DNA of 45,728 nt, taken from positions 1-45,728 of the forward strand of contig CAAFYX010000001.1 in NCBI GenBank assembly GCA_900767375.1, read 5' to 3'. Below, in pieces: positions 8,070 through 17,133 of the stretch. Source of the DNA: Rikenellaceae bacterium (GTDB lineage Bacteria; Bacteroidota; Bacteroidia; Bacteroidales; UBA932). Below the pieces are notes generated by a model, which worked only from the letters and a program-made list of their open reading frames with translations, did no database searches and was not told the origin of the DNA. The translations under genes were made by a program, and so were the position numbers. Numbering within the stretch: position 1 is the first letter of the stretch; every line of letters begins with the position of its first letter.

Positions 8070-9944
8070 ATGAAAAATATCGATATGAAAAACATATTTA
8101 CCATAGCGGCTTTGACAGTAGCATCGGTTATCGCTGTCTCCTGCGCAAAGGAAGTTGCGGGAAATTCAGGTCTCATCGCCCACGCAAGTCTCCAGCCTTT
8201 CGAAGCAACCAAGGCAATAGGACAATACAGCTACAATATCGTCTGGGAGGAAAATGACCATATCTCTGTATTGGATGCAAGCGGTTTGAAGGGAGATTTT
8301 GAACTTATAAACGGGCAGGGTACTACCAGCGGAACTTTCCGTTATGGCGGAGAAAAGACATTTACCGCACCGCTATCTGCATTTTATCCGGCATCCATCG
8401 TGACTGAGGACAAGTCTCTTGTCTGGCCCTCCGAACAGTCGGATGTGAAGAATATCGCGAACGTCCCGATGACGGCCACCTCGCCAAAAGCGGAGGGTGA
8501 CATAAACTTCGCCTTCAAGCATCTGGGGGCTGTATTGCAACTTGTCTTTACTGCCAAAAACGGAGAAATCAAGGTGGGATGCATTGACATTACCGCCGAC
8601 CAGGGATTGAGCGGGGAATTTGAAGTCGTGGAGGGTACGGCAAAGATTCTTGCCTCAGAATCGGAAGGGACCATCACGACAGGCGATATCTCCGGCAAGG
8701 GTATCAAAATCTCAGCCGCCGCCACATATCTGAATTTCGCCGTCCCCGCAGGAAATTTCACCAATTTCAAGATAACCATTACGGATATTTCCGGCAAGCA
8801 ATACAGTCTTTCCGCAAAGGATCTTACCCTTGAGCGGGCAACGGTGAACAAGCTGACGTTCGCCCTGTATGCGCAGGATTTGACGTACAATGAGTTCAAA
8901 ATCAGCGGACACACAGTCAGGGTGCAGCGGCCCGCGGATATTCTGGACGCCGGGCTGACTTACAGCGCTTTCGTCGACAATGATGCGCTGATAATTACGG
9001 CCGCCGCTGCCGACAAGGGCACGATTATCTGCAGAAGGGACGATGACAAGATATTCACGGAACATCTCTCCGACGGATTCTATAATTTCGTACTGTCCGA
9101 TTTCAAGAAGGACGTGACCGTCAGTCTGGATCTCTGGCGCCCGTATGTCGTTTTCAATGACCCGGGATTCGAAGCTTTCTGCCTTGAGCGCTATGACGAG
9201 GACAAGGACGGCAAGGTGTCGAGGGAAGAAGCCGGGAAGGTCACCGATATGGATTTCGGGACCAATTCCTTCGCTTCCATTTCAGGGGTTGGAGACTTCC
9301 CGTCGCTGAGCCGCCTCGATTTCGGGACCGGAACCGTTCCTCCCGCCCTTAACCTTACAGGAAATGAGGCTCTCAAGACCATAGATATGGGGGAAAGCGG
9401 CTGCGGTCAACTGTATGATTTCAATTATGTTGACGTTACGAAACCGGAAGTCACAACCAGGCTTTCCATAGGGCAGGTGCTTAAAGTGAACGGTGTCGAA
9501 GCGGTCGTTTGTATTGTCGGCGATGATGACATCTCCGGGACGACCAAGGTGCTTGCCACACAGTCCGACAGTACATTATGGTGGAGTGGAAGCCACGTTG
9601 ACTGCAAGGCGAAAGACAAGGATGGGATGGTGAACACTGAAAAAATACTCGCGAGCGAAAAAGATGATGAAAAAATTGCGTGTGCGGCACGTTATGCCCG
9701 ACATTTCGGTCCGATGTGGTATCTGCCGTCTTTGTTTGAGTTCGAAATTTTCTACAAGGACGAGGAAAAGAACAAGGTTGTCTTCAGCAAGATTTCAGGT
9801 CTGAACTTGGATCATTGGGCGTGGACGTCAACGGAAAGTGACATTTCGCATGCGTACTATATAAGTATTGAAAATCCGGACGAGGGCTGGATTAAGCAAA
9901 AGAACAGCAATGTATTGAGTGTCATTGCGATGAAGAAACTTTGA
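8070..9944 (+). CDS. Fimbrillin-like surface lipoprotein with an LRR-cap/EF-hand-like segment and a C-terminal C-type-lectin (DUF1566-like) domain
   Basis: Signal peptide II ending VIAVSC (start 8070 or 8085). Fimbrillin-type TKA..W.END.I.V and FKHLGAVLQL. Cap segment FNDPGFEAFCLERYDEDKDGKVSREEA. C-terminus DGMVNT..WYLPS..E..WTSTE..AY..VIAMKKL. Confidence 0.8.
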   Translation: MKNIDMKNIFTIAALTVASVIAVSCAKEVAGNSGLIAHASLQPFEATKAIGQYSYNIVWEENDHISVLDASGLKGDFELINGQGTTSGTFRYGGEKTFTAPLSAFYPASIVTEDKSLVWPSEQSDVKNIANVPMTATSPKAEGDINFAFKHLGAVLQLVFTAKNGEIKVGCIDITADQGLSGEFEVVEGTAKILASESEGTITTGDISGKGIKISAAATYLNFAVPAGNFTNFKITITDISGKQYSLSAKDLTLERATVNKLTFALYAQDLTYNEFKISGHTVRVQRPADILDAGLTYSAFVDNDALIITAAAADKGTIICRRDDDKIFTEHLSDGFYNFVLSDFKKDVTVSLDLWRPYVVFNDPGFEAFCLERYDEDKDGKVSREEAGKVTDMDFGTNSFASISGVGDFPSLSRLDFGTGTVPPALNLTGNEALKTIDMGESGCGQLYDFNYVDVTKPEVTTRLSIGQVLKVNGVEAVVCIVGDDDISGTTKVLATQSDSTLWWSGSHVDCKAKDKDGMVNTEKILASEKDDEKIACAARYARHFGPMWYLPSLFEFEIFYKDEEKNKVVFSKISGLNLDHWAWTSTESDISHAYYISIENPDEGWIKQKNSNVLSVIAMKKL

Positions 9945-9989
9945 GTTTTCTCACATAGGAATCAATAATATCAATTAATAGGTTACGTA

Positions 9990-10140
9990 AAATCAGAATT
10001 ATCCTGGCAGCTATCTTCTTCATAGTGATTACTGCTCGGTAATATGTCCGCTCGGCGTCTGCCAGGATGCCGTAATCTCTTGCGCACCTGATTGGAAAGA
10101 CCGGGATGCGCGTCCTCGCCCCTCTTGTCCAGGACGGGGT
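9990..10140 (-). pseudogene. Probable gene relics downstream of the GH3 gene
   Basis: Minus strand reads PVLDKRGEDAHPGLSNQ, then in another frame GAQEITASWQTPSGHITEQ*. Five nt later an ATG starts MKKIAARIILIL, which is signal-peptide-like and runs into AT-rich sequence. Confidence 0.35.
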
Positions 10141-10145
10141 ATAGA

Positions 10146-12509
10146 TTACTGCATTTCTGAGAAATATACGGTGCGCAGCGGCATCGTTACGCTCTTTCCC
10201 TTGAGGGTGAGAGTGTTCTGGAGGCGTATGTCGGCTGAGGATGCTCCCACCTTTATGATGAAATCACCGCTGTCAATCGTCCACTGCCCGTTGTCATAAT
10301 GCCCGAACTGCTGAGGGGACATCAGGAACTCGACGTGCTTGGTTTCACCTGCTTTGAGGCTCACTCTGCCGAAGCCCTGGAGCCTTATCGGCTGGTAGTC
10401 CTGCTCCTCCGAAGCCGGGGAGACATAGAGCTGCACGGTCTCATCAGCATCCATTTCACCGGAATTGGTCACGTCGAACGCCACCTTGATGGCCTTTGAA
10501 GATGTGCGGGCGGCGGTGTCCATTGACAGGCCGGAGTATTCGAATGTGGTGTAGCTGAGTCCGTATCCGAACGGCCAGGCTATCCTCGGGTCGGCCTGGG
10601 CCGAGTAATCATAGCATACAGGCTCGCGGAGCTCGACTGAAGGGTAGCTGACGCAGAGCTTGCCGGACGGGCTGACTTTGCCGTAGATGATGTCGGCCAG
10701 GGCGTTTCCGCCCTCCTCGCCCGGATACCAGGCCTGTATGACGGCGGCGCACTTTTCAGCGAGGCCGGAAATGACCTGCGCCCGCCCGCCGAACACTACC
10801 AGCACCACCGGCTTGCCAGTGGCAATGAGCTTCTCCACGAAAGCCTCCTGCTCTCCCGGGAGCCGCAGGCTTCCGCGGTCGCGGTTCTCGCCGCACAGGA
10901 AGAGGTTCTCTCCGACCGCGGCGATCACAACGTCGCTCTCCCCGGCCTGGGCCAATGCCTTTTCCATGTCAATCTCCTCGCCGGTCTCCACGCGCCTCCT
11001 CATCCTTCGGAGGAACTCGGCGCGGGAGTCACCGCCCTCGGCGATCTTTGTCTCCTCCTTCTCCGTCCAGTCGCAGCCGCGGGTGTACTCGAGGCTGAAG
11101 CCTTCCGGCAGTCCGGCTTCGAGTCCCTTCTTGAGGTTCACGATGCGCGGGTTGAGGTCGTCAGGCTCTATCCTGTGCCAGAAGTAAACCATTGCCTGAT
11201 ATGTGTAGTCTCCCAGCATTGCCCACATACTGTTGGCGTTAGGGCCGGTGAGGGCGATTTTCTTGCTGTCCTTCAGAGGGAGGATGCCGTTGTTCTTGAG
11301 GAGAACCACTGACTGCGAGGCGAGGTCATAGGCGGTCTGCCTTTCCTCCGGTGAGTCGAACTCGATGTGGCCTTCAGCGAAGAGTGGGGCATCTGCATCG
11401 AGCATTCCGAGGCGTGCTTTCATTGTCAGCACCCTCTTGACGGCGGCCTTGAAGGTCTCCTCTGAGACGAGGCCGAGGTCGAGGGCCTCCTGGACGTGCT
11501 TGTAGTTGTCTCCGGTAGGGAAGTCCACGTGGTTGCCGGCATTGAGGCTGGCTGCTGCCTTGTGGACAGGGTCGCTTTCGGTAGGTATCTGGTTGATGGA
11601 GGTATAGTCGCTGACCATCAGGCCGTCGAAGCCGAGGTAGTCGCGCAGGATTCCGTGCATCAGCTCTTCATTGGCCACAGCGTTCGTGCCGTGGACGGCG
11701 TGGTAGCCGGTCATCACGACCTTGCTGCCGGCGAGGCGTATCATAGCCTCGTGAGGGAGGAGGATTTCCTCCATAAGCTCCTTCTGCTCCGCGTCACCGC
11801 CTCCGCCGTAGCCGAGGAAATGCTTGCTGCAGGCTGCGATGCCCTTGTCCAGGCCGCCTTCCTGAAGGCCCTGGACGAAGGCTGTTCCCATCGCAGCGCT
11901 CAGGTATGCGTCTTCACCGTAGGATTCTTCCAGACGGTTGAAATATGGATTGCGGACTACGTCCACCATTGGGGAGAGGGCGAGCATTCCGCCGATTTTG
12001 CGCAGTGTGGCCGCCGTCTGGACGGTTTTCAGCCTGGCGAGCTCAGGGTTGAAGGAGCAGGCCATTCCGATCTGCTGCGGGTATGTGGTGGCACCGTATG
12101 TCGCCACTCCGGAGAGGACCTCCTCGTGGAACAGGGCGGGGATTCCGTTCGGCGTGTTCTCCTTGATCCAGGTCTGGAGTCCGGCGACGATGTCGCGGAT
12201 GCTGTCAGGGTCGGCCTTCATGTTGCTGGCGTACTGGGAGAAATGGCCGATGCCGTAAGGCATGGCTGCGCGGCACTTGGCAGTGTCGATCCTGCCGTCG
12301 GTCAGGAGGTCGTGGGCGTAGAGGCCGCAGAGCTGTGCGATCCTTTCTTCCTGGGTCATCCTGTCATACAACTCGTCTACCTGCTGCTGCACTGCTTCGT
12401 TCGAGAGCGGCTGTGAGACAGGCTGGAGCTTGAAAGAGCTGGAGGAATTGCACCCGTTGAGTGCTGCGGTCATGAGTATTCCCATAATCCAGAGGCTTTT
12501 GTGTTTCAT
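10146..12509 (-). CDS. Glycoside hydrolase family 3 (beta-glucosidase/xylosidase) lipoprotein with C-terminal Fn3-like domain
   Basis: Lipobox LNGC, HEE, RLEESYGED, KHF, nucleophile motif SDY, SVVLLKN, AWYPGEEGG, PFGYGLSYTTF, VGASS. Confidence 0.93.
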   Translation of the reverse strand: MKHKSLWIMGILMTAALNGCNSSSSFKLQPVSQPLSNEAVQQQVDELYDRMTQEERIAQLCGLYAHDLLTDGRIDTAKCRAAMPYGIGHFSQYASNMKADPDSIRDIVAGLQTWIKENTPNGIPALFHEEVLSGVATYGATTYPQQIGMACSFNPELARLKTVQTAATLRKIGGMLALSPMVDVVRNPYFNRLEESYGEDAYLSAAMGTAFVQGLQEGGLDKGIAACSKHFLGYGGGGDAEQKELMEEILLPHEAMIRLAGSKVVMTGYHAVHGTNAVANEELMHGILRDYLGFDGLMVSDYTSINQIPTESDPVHKAAASLNAGNHVDFPTGDNYKHVQEALDLGLVSEETFKAAVKRVLTMKARLGMLDADAPLFAEGHIEFDSPEERQTAYDLASQSVVLLKNNGILPLKDSKKIALTGPNANSMWAMLGDYTYQAMVYFWHRIEPDDLNPRIVNLKKGLEAGLPEGFSLEYTRGCDWTEKEETKIAEGGDSRAEFLRRMRRRVETGEEIDMEKALAQAGESDVVIAAVGENLFLCGENRDRGSLRLPGEQEAFVEKLIATGKPVVLVVFGGRAQVISGLAEKCAAVIQAWYPGEEGGNALADIIYGKVSPSGKLCVSYPSVELREPVCYDYSAQADPRIAWPFGYGLSYTTFEYSGLSMDTAARTSSKAIKVAFDVTNSGEMDADETVQLYVSPASEEQDYQPIRLQGFGRVSLKAGETKHVEFLMSPQQFGHYDNGQWTIDSGDFIIKVGASSADIRLQNTLTLKGKSVTMPLRTVYFSEMQ

Positions 12510-12533
12510 GTTATGTGGCGTTGTGATGATTGG

Positions 12534-14087
12534 CTACTCGTAGAGGAAGCGCTTGATGCTCCGCTTGGGGGTCTTCTCGAACTCCGTCTCACGCTGCTCG
12601 AGGGCTGCGATCTGGCAATATGCCGGAAGGTGGAGGTTGACCGCCTTCCTGGACTGTTCGAGGTTGATGGTCTCTCTTGTAAGGCCTGCCATCTCCAGGG
12701 TCTGGTCCGAGACGTAGACCTTGGCGATGAGCTTGTTGTCGCGCTGGACGACCACGCACTCCTCGAAGATGGAGTAGGTCACTACCTGGTCTTCCGCTTC
12801 CTCCGGGTAAATGTTCTGGCCGTTGGAGCCGAGTATCATGTTCTTCTTCCTTCCGCGGATGAAAATGTATCCGTCCTCGTCGATGATTCCCAGGTCGCCG
12901 GTGCGCAGCCATCCGTGGGAGTCGATGGCTTCCTTCGTGGCGTCCTCGTCCTTGTAGTAGCCCAGCATCACGTTCCTTCCCTTTGCAAGGATTTCTCCCG
13001 GAATGTGCTGTGGATCGCTGCTGAGGACCTTTACGGTCATCCCGGGCACAACCTTTCCGCAGCTGCCCTGACGGACGTCAGGGTAGAACGAGTGGCAGAT
13101 GAGAGGTCCGCACTCGGTCATTCCGTATCCTACGGAGAACTTGAAGTGCCTGCGCCTGAGAGTGCTCTCGGCATCCTTGCTCAGGGCGGCTCCTCCCATG
13201 ATGACCTCCTTGACGGAGCTGCTGGCTATGAACTCCAGGATCGGGATCCCCTTGGCTGAGGAGGTGAGTTTCTCGAATACCAGGGGTACTGAATATATCG
13301 TGTCGGGCTGGACATCCTTTATGGCCTGGACGAGGATGCTCGGTACAGGCGGCTTGGTGAGGATGGTCAGGTGGCAGCCCTTGAGGACTCCGCTGAGGAA
13401 GTCGGTGGCGAATCCGAACATGTGCGCGAGCGGGAGGAGCACCAGTTCCTTTCCGTGCTCCGGGAGCGCTTTGTTACCGAGGATGTACTTGGTGTTCGAG
13501 AGCATCGCTCCGTATGAGAGCATCACTCCTTTCGGATGGCCGCTCGAGCCGCTGGTGTAGCTCAGGAGCATCATATCGTCGAGGTCTTCCTTGATATAGC
13601 TGACATCGGACTGGGTGACTCCGTTCGGGAAACGCTCGTGGTATTTGTTGAGGGCGTTGAGCCTCATCTCGTCGGACTCGTCGTCCATGTCGAGGAGTTC
13701 GGCGAGGTCGATCATTCCCATAGGGCATTTCCCTTTTTCCCAAAGGGAGGCGATACGGCTGCTGGAGAAAAGGAATTTGGCTTCGCAGTGCTCGCAGAGC
13801 TCGATGAGCTGTGCGTCGCTGTAGTCCGGGAGGATGGGCACGCCCACGCAACCGTAGGTGATGATGGCCAGCATGGCTATCACCCAGTTGCGGTAGTTCT
13901 TGTCGCAGAGGGCCACCTTGTCGCCTGGCTGGATGCCCATCTCCTCGAAGATGGTGTGGATGTAGGCCACGGCTGCGGCCACTTCGCCGTAGGTGTAAGG
14001 CTTTTTGGAACCGTAATTGGACAGGGCGGGATAATCCCAGGATCTCTTGAAACTCCTTTCTATCTCTTTAATCAGTGAATCGGTCAT
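12534..14087 (-). CDS. Long-chain acyl-CoA synthetase / AMP-binding protein
   Basis: YTSGSSGHPKG P-loop, LPLAHMFG, GYGMTE, GWLRTGD, GRKKNMI, NIYPEE. Confidence 0.9.
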   Translation of the reverse strand: MTDSLIKEIERSFKRSWDYPALSNYGSKKPYTYGEVAAAVAYIHTIFEEMGIQPGDKVALCDKNYRNWVIAMLAIITYGCVGVPILPDYSDAQLIELCEHCEAKFLFSSSRIASLWEKGKCPMGMIDLAELLDMDDESDEMRLNALNKYHERFPNGVTQSDVSYIKEDLDDMMLLSYTSGSSGHPKGVMLSYGAMLSNTKYILGNKALPEHGKELVLLPLAHMFGFATDFLSGVLKGCHLTILTKPPVPSILVQAIKDVQPDTIYSVPLVFEKLTSSAKGIPILEFIASSSVKEVIMGGAALSKDAESTLRRRHFKFSVGYGMTECGPLICHSFYPDVRQGSCGKVVPGMTVKVLSSDPQHIPGEILAKGRNVMLGYYKDEDATKEAIDSHGWLRTGDLGIIDEDGYIFIRGRKKNMILGSNGQNIYPEEAEDQVVTYSIFEECVVVQRDNKLIAKVYVSDQTLEMAGLTRETINLEQSRKAVNLHLPAYCQIAALEQRETEFEKTPKRSIKRFLYE

Positions 14088-14107
14088 ATCGCTTGGGTAT
14101 GGATGTG

Positions 14108-14115
14108 CAAAGTTA
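14108..14115 (-). promoter_or_regulatory. -7 promoter box (TAACTTTG) for the acyl-CoA ligase/GH3 genes
   Basis: TAnnTTTG on the minus strand, 20 nt upstream of ATG 14087. Confidence 0.65.
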
Positions 14116-14170
14116 CAATTTTCTGCGTAAAATATTCAGCTTGTGCTATGGTAATGGCACAAGCAATGCG

Positions 14171-14178
14171 TATTTTTG
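14171..14178 (+). promoter_or_regulatory. -7 promoter box (TATTTTTG) for addB-addA
   Basis: TAnnTTTG 18 nt upstream of ATG 14197. Confidence 0.6.
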
Positions 14179-14196
14179 TAGCAAACTATAACCGGT

Positions 14197-17133
14197 ATGA
14201 AACAATTTTTGAGCCAGGTGGCGGAGCATTTCTTCGCGGAGGGTGACATTTCCCGCAAATGTTTCATTTTCCCTAACAGGAGGTCACTGGCGTTCTTCAA
14301 GAAATATCTCTCGCAGACGATAGCCGGAGGCAGCGATGTCCCTGTCGTAGCCCCTGCCATGCTCACGATGAATGATTTCTTCTATCGCGTGGCGGGAGGC
14401 TCTCCCACCGGAAGGGTGCGTCTGCTGCTGGAGCTTTACGGCTGCTATGAGACCTTGAACCCCCATCACGAGTCATTGGACGACTTCATCTTCTGGGGTG
14501 ATGTCCTTCTCTCCGACTTCAACGATGTGGACAAGTATCTGGTGGATCCGCGCCAGCTTTTCACGAACATCGCGGACCTGAAGGGCATCCAGGACGGTTA
14601 TTCATACCTTTCGGACACCCAGCGTGAGGCCATCGACCATTTTCTGGCGCATTTCAGGAGCGGGGACCGTCTGACCGTGGACATCGACTCCGACAGTCCG
14701 GGTGTGAAGGCCCGTTTCCTTCGGATCTGGGATATACTTTACGGCCTGTATACCGGTTTCAACTCTTCCCTGGCCGCGAAGGGGCTGTCCTATGAGGGCA
14801 TGGTCTACCGTTCACTGGCTGACCGGCTCGATGTGGAGGCTGTCGTGGACGTGCTTGCGGATGCTTTCCCGGGGACGGACGGGTTCGTCTTCGTGGGTCT
14901 GAACGCGCTGAACGAATGCGAGAAGAAGGTTATGGGGCGCATGCGCGACGCCGGCATCGCCCGGTTCTGCTGGGACTGGGATGAGAAGGGCTGGATGAGC
15001 GACCCTCAGAACAAGTCCACAGTCTTCATGAAGGCCAATCTTTCTGCGTTCCCGCAGGCTTTCAGCCCGGAGCCGGTCACCGGCACCCCTGAGGTCAATG
15101 TACTCAGCGTCCCGTCCGGCATCGGGCAGACGAAGCAGCTGCCGGCGGTGCTGGAGAGGCTTGCTGCGCAGAAGGGGGTCGGTGTGGCGTCGCTGGGCAT
15201 GGACACGGCAGTGGTGCTCCCTGACGAGGCGCTGCTCCTGCCTGTCCTCAATTCCATTCCTCCGGAGATCACCGACATCAATGTCACAATGGGCTATCCG
15301 ATGGGCGCGAGTGCGCTTTTCGATCTTGTGAGTTCGGCCGCCGCCATGCAGCTGCACCTCCGTCAGAAGGACGGGGAGTGGTTCTTCTATCACAAGCAGG
15401 CGTATTCCGTGTTCTCCAACGGTCTGTTCAAGAATTCCCTGAGCGCTGAGGCCGGACTGAAGATCGAGGAGGTGAAGGCCTCGGCCAAGTATTATATTCC
15501 GCAGTCGGCCCTGGCCGGCGATCCGGTGCTTGAAGCCGTCTTCCAGCCGGTGGTGAAGGATCCAAAGACGGCTGATGCCGCAGCCGCGAGGGCGTTTGGA
15601 GAGTATATTTCAGGCATTGTCCTGGCCGTTGTCCCGGCCCTGAAGGATACGCCTGACCTGGTCGCGGAGCTGGACTTCGCCCGCGACTGCTATCAGGCGG
15701 TGAACAGCCTGGGCGATATGGAGCTGCCGGTGCTGCCGGCTACGTACGTCAGGCTGCTGATGCAGCTGATGAATACCGCATCGGTGCCTTTCAACGGCGA
15801 GCCGCTGAAGGGGCTGCAGATTATGGGCCCTCTGGAGACGAGGGCGCTGGATTTCGAGAACCTTGTCATCCTTTCGGCCAACGAAGGCGTGTTCCCGCGC
15901 AGGTCGGTCAGCTCCTCGTTCATTCCGCCGGAGCTGCGGAAGGCCTTCGGACTTCCTACCTATGAATATCAGGATGCTGTGTGGGCGTATTATTTCTACA
16001 GGATGATAAGCCGTGCAAAGTCCGTTTGGATGATATACGACTCCCGCACCGAAGGGATCAAGTCAGGGGAGGAGAGCCGCTATATTAAGCAGCTGGAGCT
16101 TCACTTCCGGGCAGGTGTGGTCAGGCATGTCGCCAAGTCCCCTATTTCCCTCGGAGGCGATGAGGCTCCGATAATGAAGACTGCAGAGGACCTGGAGGTG
16201 ATAAAGGGGGCCTGGCTGTCCGCTTCGGCCCTGCAGAACTACCTGTACTGTCCGGCCAAGTTCTACTACCATACGGTGAGGAAGCTCAAGCCGGAGGACG
16301 AGGTGGTGGAGTCACTGGATGCCGGGATGATAGGAAACGTGTTCCACAACACCATGCTTGCCCTGTATTTCGGTCCTGAGGCCATGGACCCTTCCTTCCC
16401 TCTGGACAGGGACTCTATGGAGAAGTCCGGGGCGAAGGGTCAGAAATTCGTAACACGTGAGTATATAAGGGAGTGGATGGGCCGCCCTGCTGATATCCGG
16501 GCGCGCATCCGCTCGCTTATCATGTCCGAGCTCCATACGTTCGAGGTGAGCGGAAGGAACCTCGTCTTCGAGGACGTGGTGTTCCAGTACGTGATGAAGG
16601 TCCTTGAGAGGGATATCGAGTGCATGGAAACCTACGGCTGCACTGCATTCGAGGTGAAGGGCTTGGAACTCAAGTGCTTGTGGCAGCATGACGGGTTTAA
16701 TTTCATCGGATTCATCGACCGCCTTGATTCTTTCAGGCGTGATGAGCTCCGGGTGGTGGATTACAAGACCGGAAAGGTCGAGGACAATGACATAATGATC
16801 TTCGACGACAATGCCGAGGCTGTCGTGGAGGCTCTCTTCGGAGACAATAATTCCAAACGTCCGAAGATCGCCCTGCAGCTGTTCCTTTATGACATGTTCG
16901 TGGAGAAGTACCTTGAGGAGGGCGCTGCCATAGTGAACTCCATTTACTCTCCGGCCAGCCTCTTTGTGTCTGCGGTCCGGAGCGTCCCTTCCAGCTCCAA
17001 GTTCATCCAGCTTATGAAGGAAAGGCTATCGGGACTCCTGAGGGAGATATCTGACCCTGAAATCCCGTTCACCAGGACGGAGGACAGGAAAACATGCGGT
17101 TATTGTGACTTTAAAAACATCTGCGGGCGATGA
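14197..17133 (+). CDS. addB: AddB-like PD-(D/E)XK nuclease subunit with Fe-S staple
   Basis: IFPNRR, QIMGPLETRALDF, SASALQNYLYCP, GFIDRLD..VVDYKTG, and C-terminal CGYCDFKNIC (four Cys in total). Confidence 0.88.
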   Translation: MKQFLSQVAEHFFAEGDISRKCFIFPNRRSLAFFKKYLSQTIAGGSDVPVVAPAMLTMNDFFYRVAGGSPTGRVRLLLELYGCYETLNPHHESLDDFIFWGDVLLSDFNDVDKYLVDPRQLFTNIADLKGIQDGYSYLSDTQREAIDHFLAHFRSGDRLTVDIDSDSPGVKARFLRIWDILYGLYTGFNSSLAAKGLSYEGMVYRSLADRLDVEAVVDVLADAFPGTDGFVFVGLNALNECEKKVMGRMRDAGIARFCWDWDEKGWMSDPQNKSTVFMKANLSAFPQAFSPEPVTGTPEVNVLSVPSGIGQTKQLPAVLERLAAQKGVGVASLGMDTAVVLPDEALLLPVLNSIPPEITDINVTMGYPMGASALFDLVSSAAAMQLHLRQKDGEWFFYHKQAYSVFSNGLFKNSLSAEAGLKIEEVKASAKYYIPQSALAGDPVLEAVFQPVVKDPKTADAAAARAFGEYISGIVLAVVPALKDTPDLVAELDFARDCYQAVNSLGDMELPVLPATYVRLLMQLMNTASVPFNGEPLKGLQIMGPLETRALDFENLVILSANEGVFPRRSVSSSFIPPELRKAFGLPTYEYQDAVWAYYFYRMISRAKSVWMIYDSRTEGIKSGEESRYIKQLELHFRAGVVRHVAKSPISLGGDEAPIMKTAEDLEVIKGAWLSASALQNYLYCPAKFYYHTVRKLKPEDEVVESLDAGMIGNVFHNTMLALYFGPEAMDPSFPLDRDSMEKSGAKGQKFVTREYIREWMGRPADIRARIRSLIMSELHTFEVSGRNLVFEDVVFQYVMKVLERDIECMETYGCTAFEVKGLELKCLWQHDGFNFIGFIDRLDSFRRDELRVVDYKTGKVEDNDIMIFDDNAEAVVEALFGDNNSKRPKIALQLFLYDMFVEKYLEEGAAIVNSIYSPASLFVSAVRSVPSSSKFIQLMKERLSGLLREISDPEIPFTRTEDRKTCGYCDFKNICGR

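Noticed and set aside
7620..9987. CGTAAC / GTTACG inverted pair bracketing the islet as invertase sites
   Set aside because: Only 6 bp, expected by chance, and no recombinase is nearby.
10001..10077. HDV-like ribozyme or SAH/cobalamin riboswitch
   Set aside because: The stem order is superficially similar, but the catalytic J4/2 C segment and the riboswitch consensus motifs are absent.
8070..10145. Complete diversity-generating retroelement
   Set aside because: No reverse transcriptase, Avd or template repeat found in the window.
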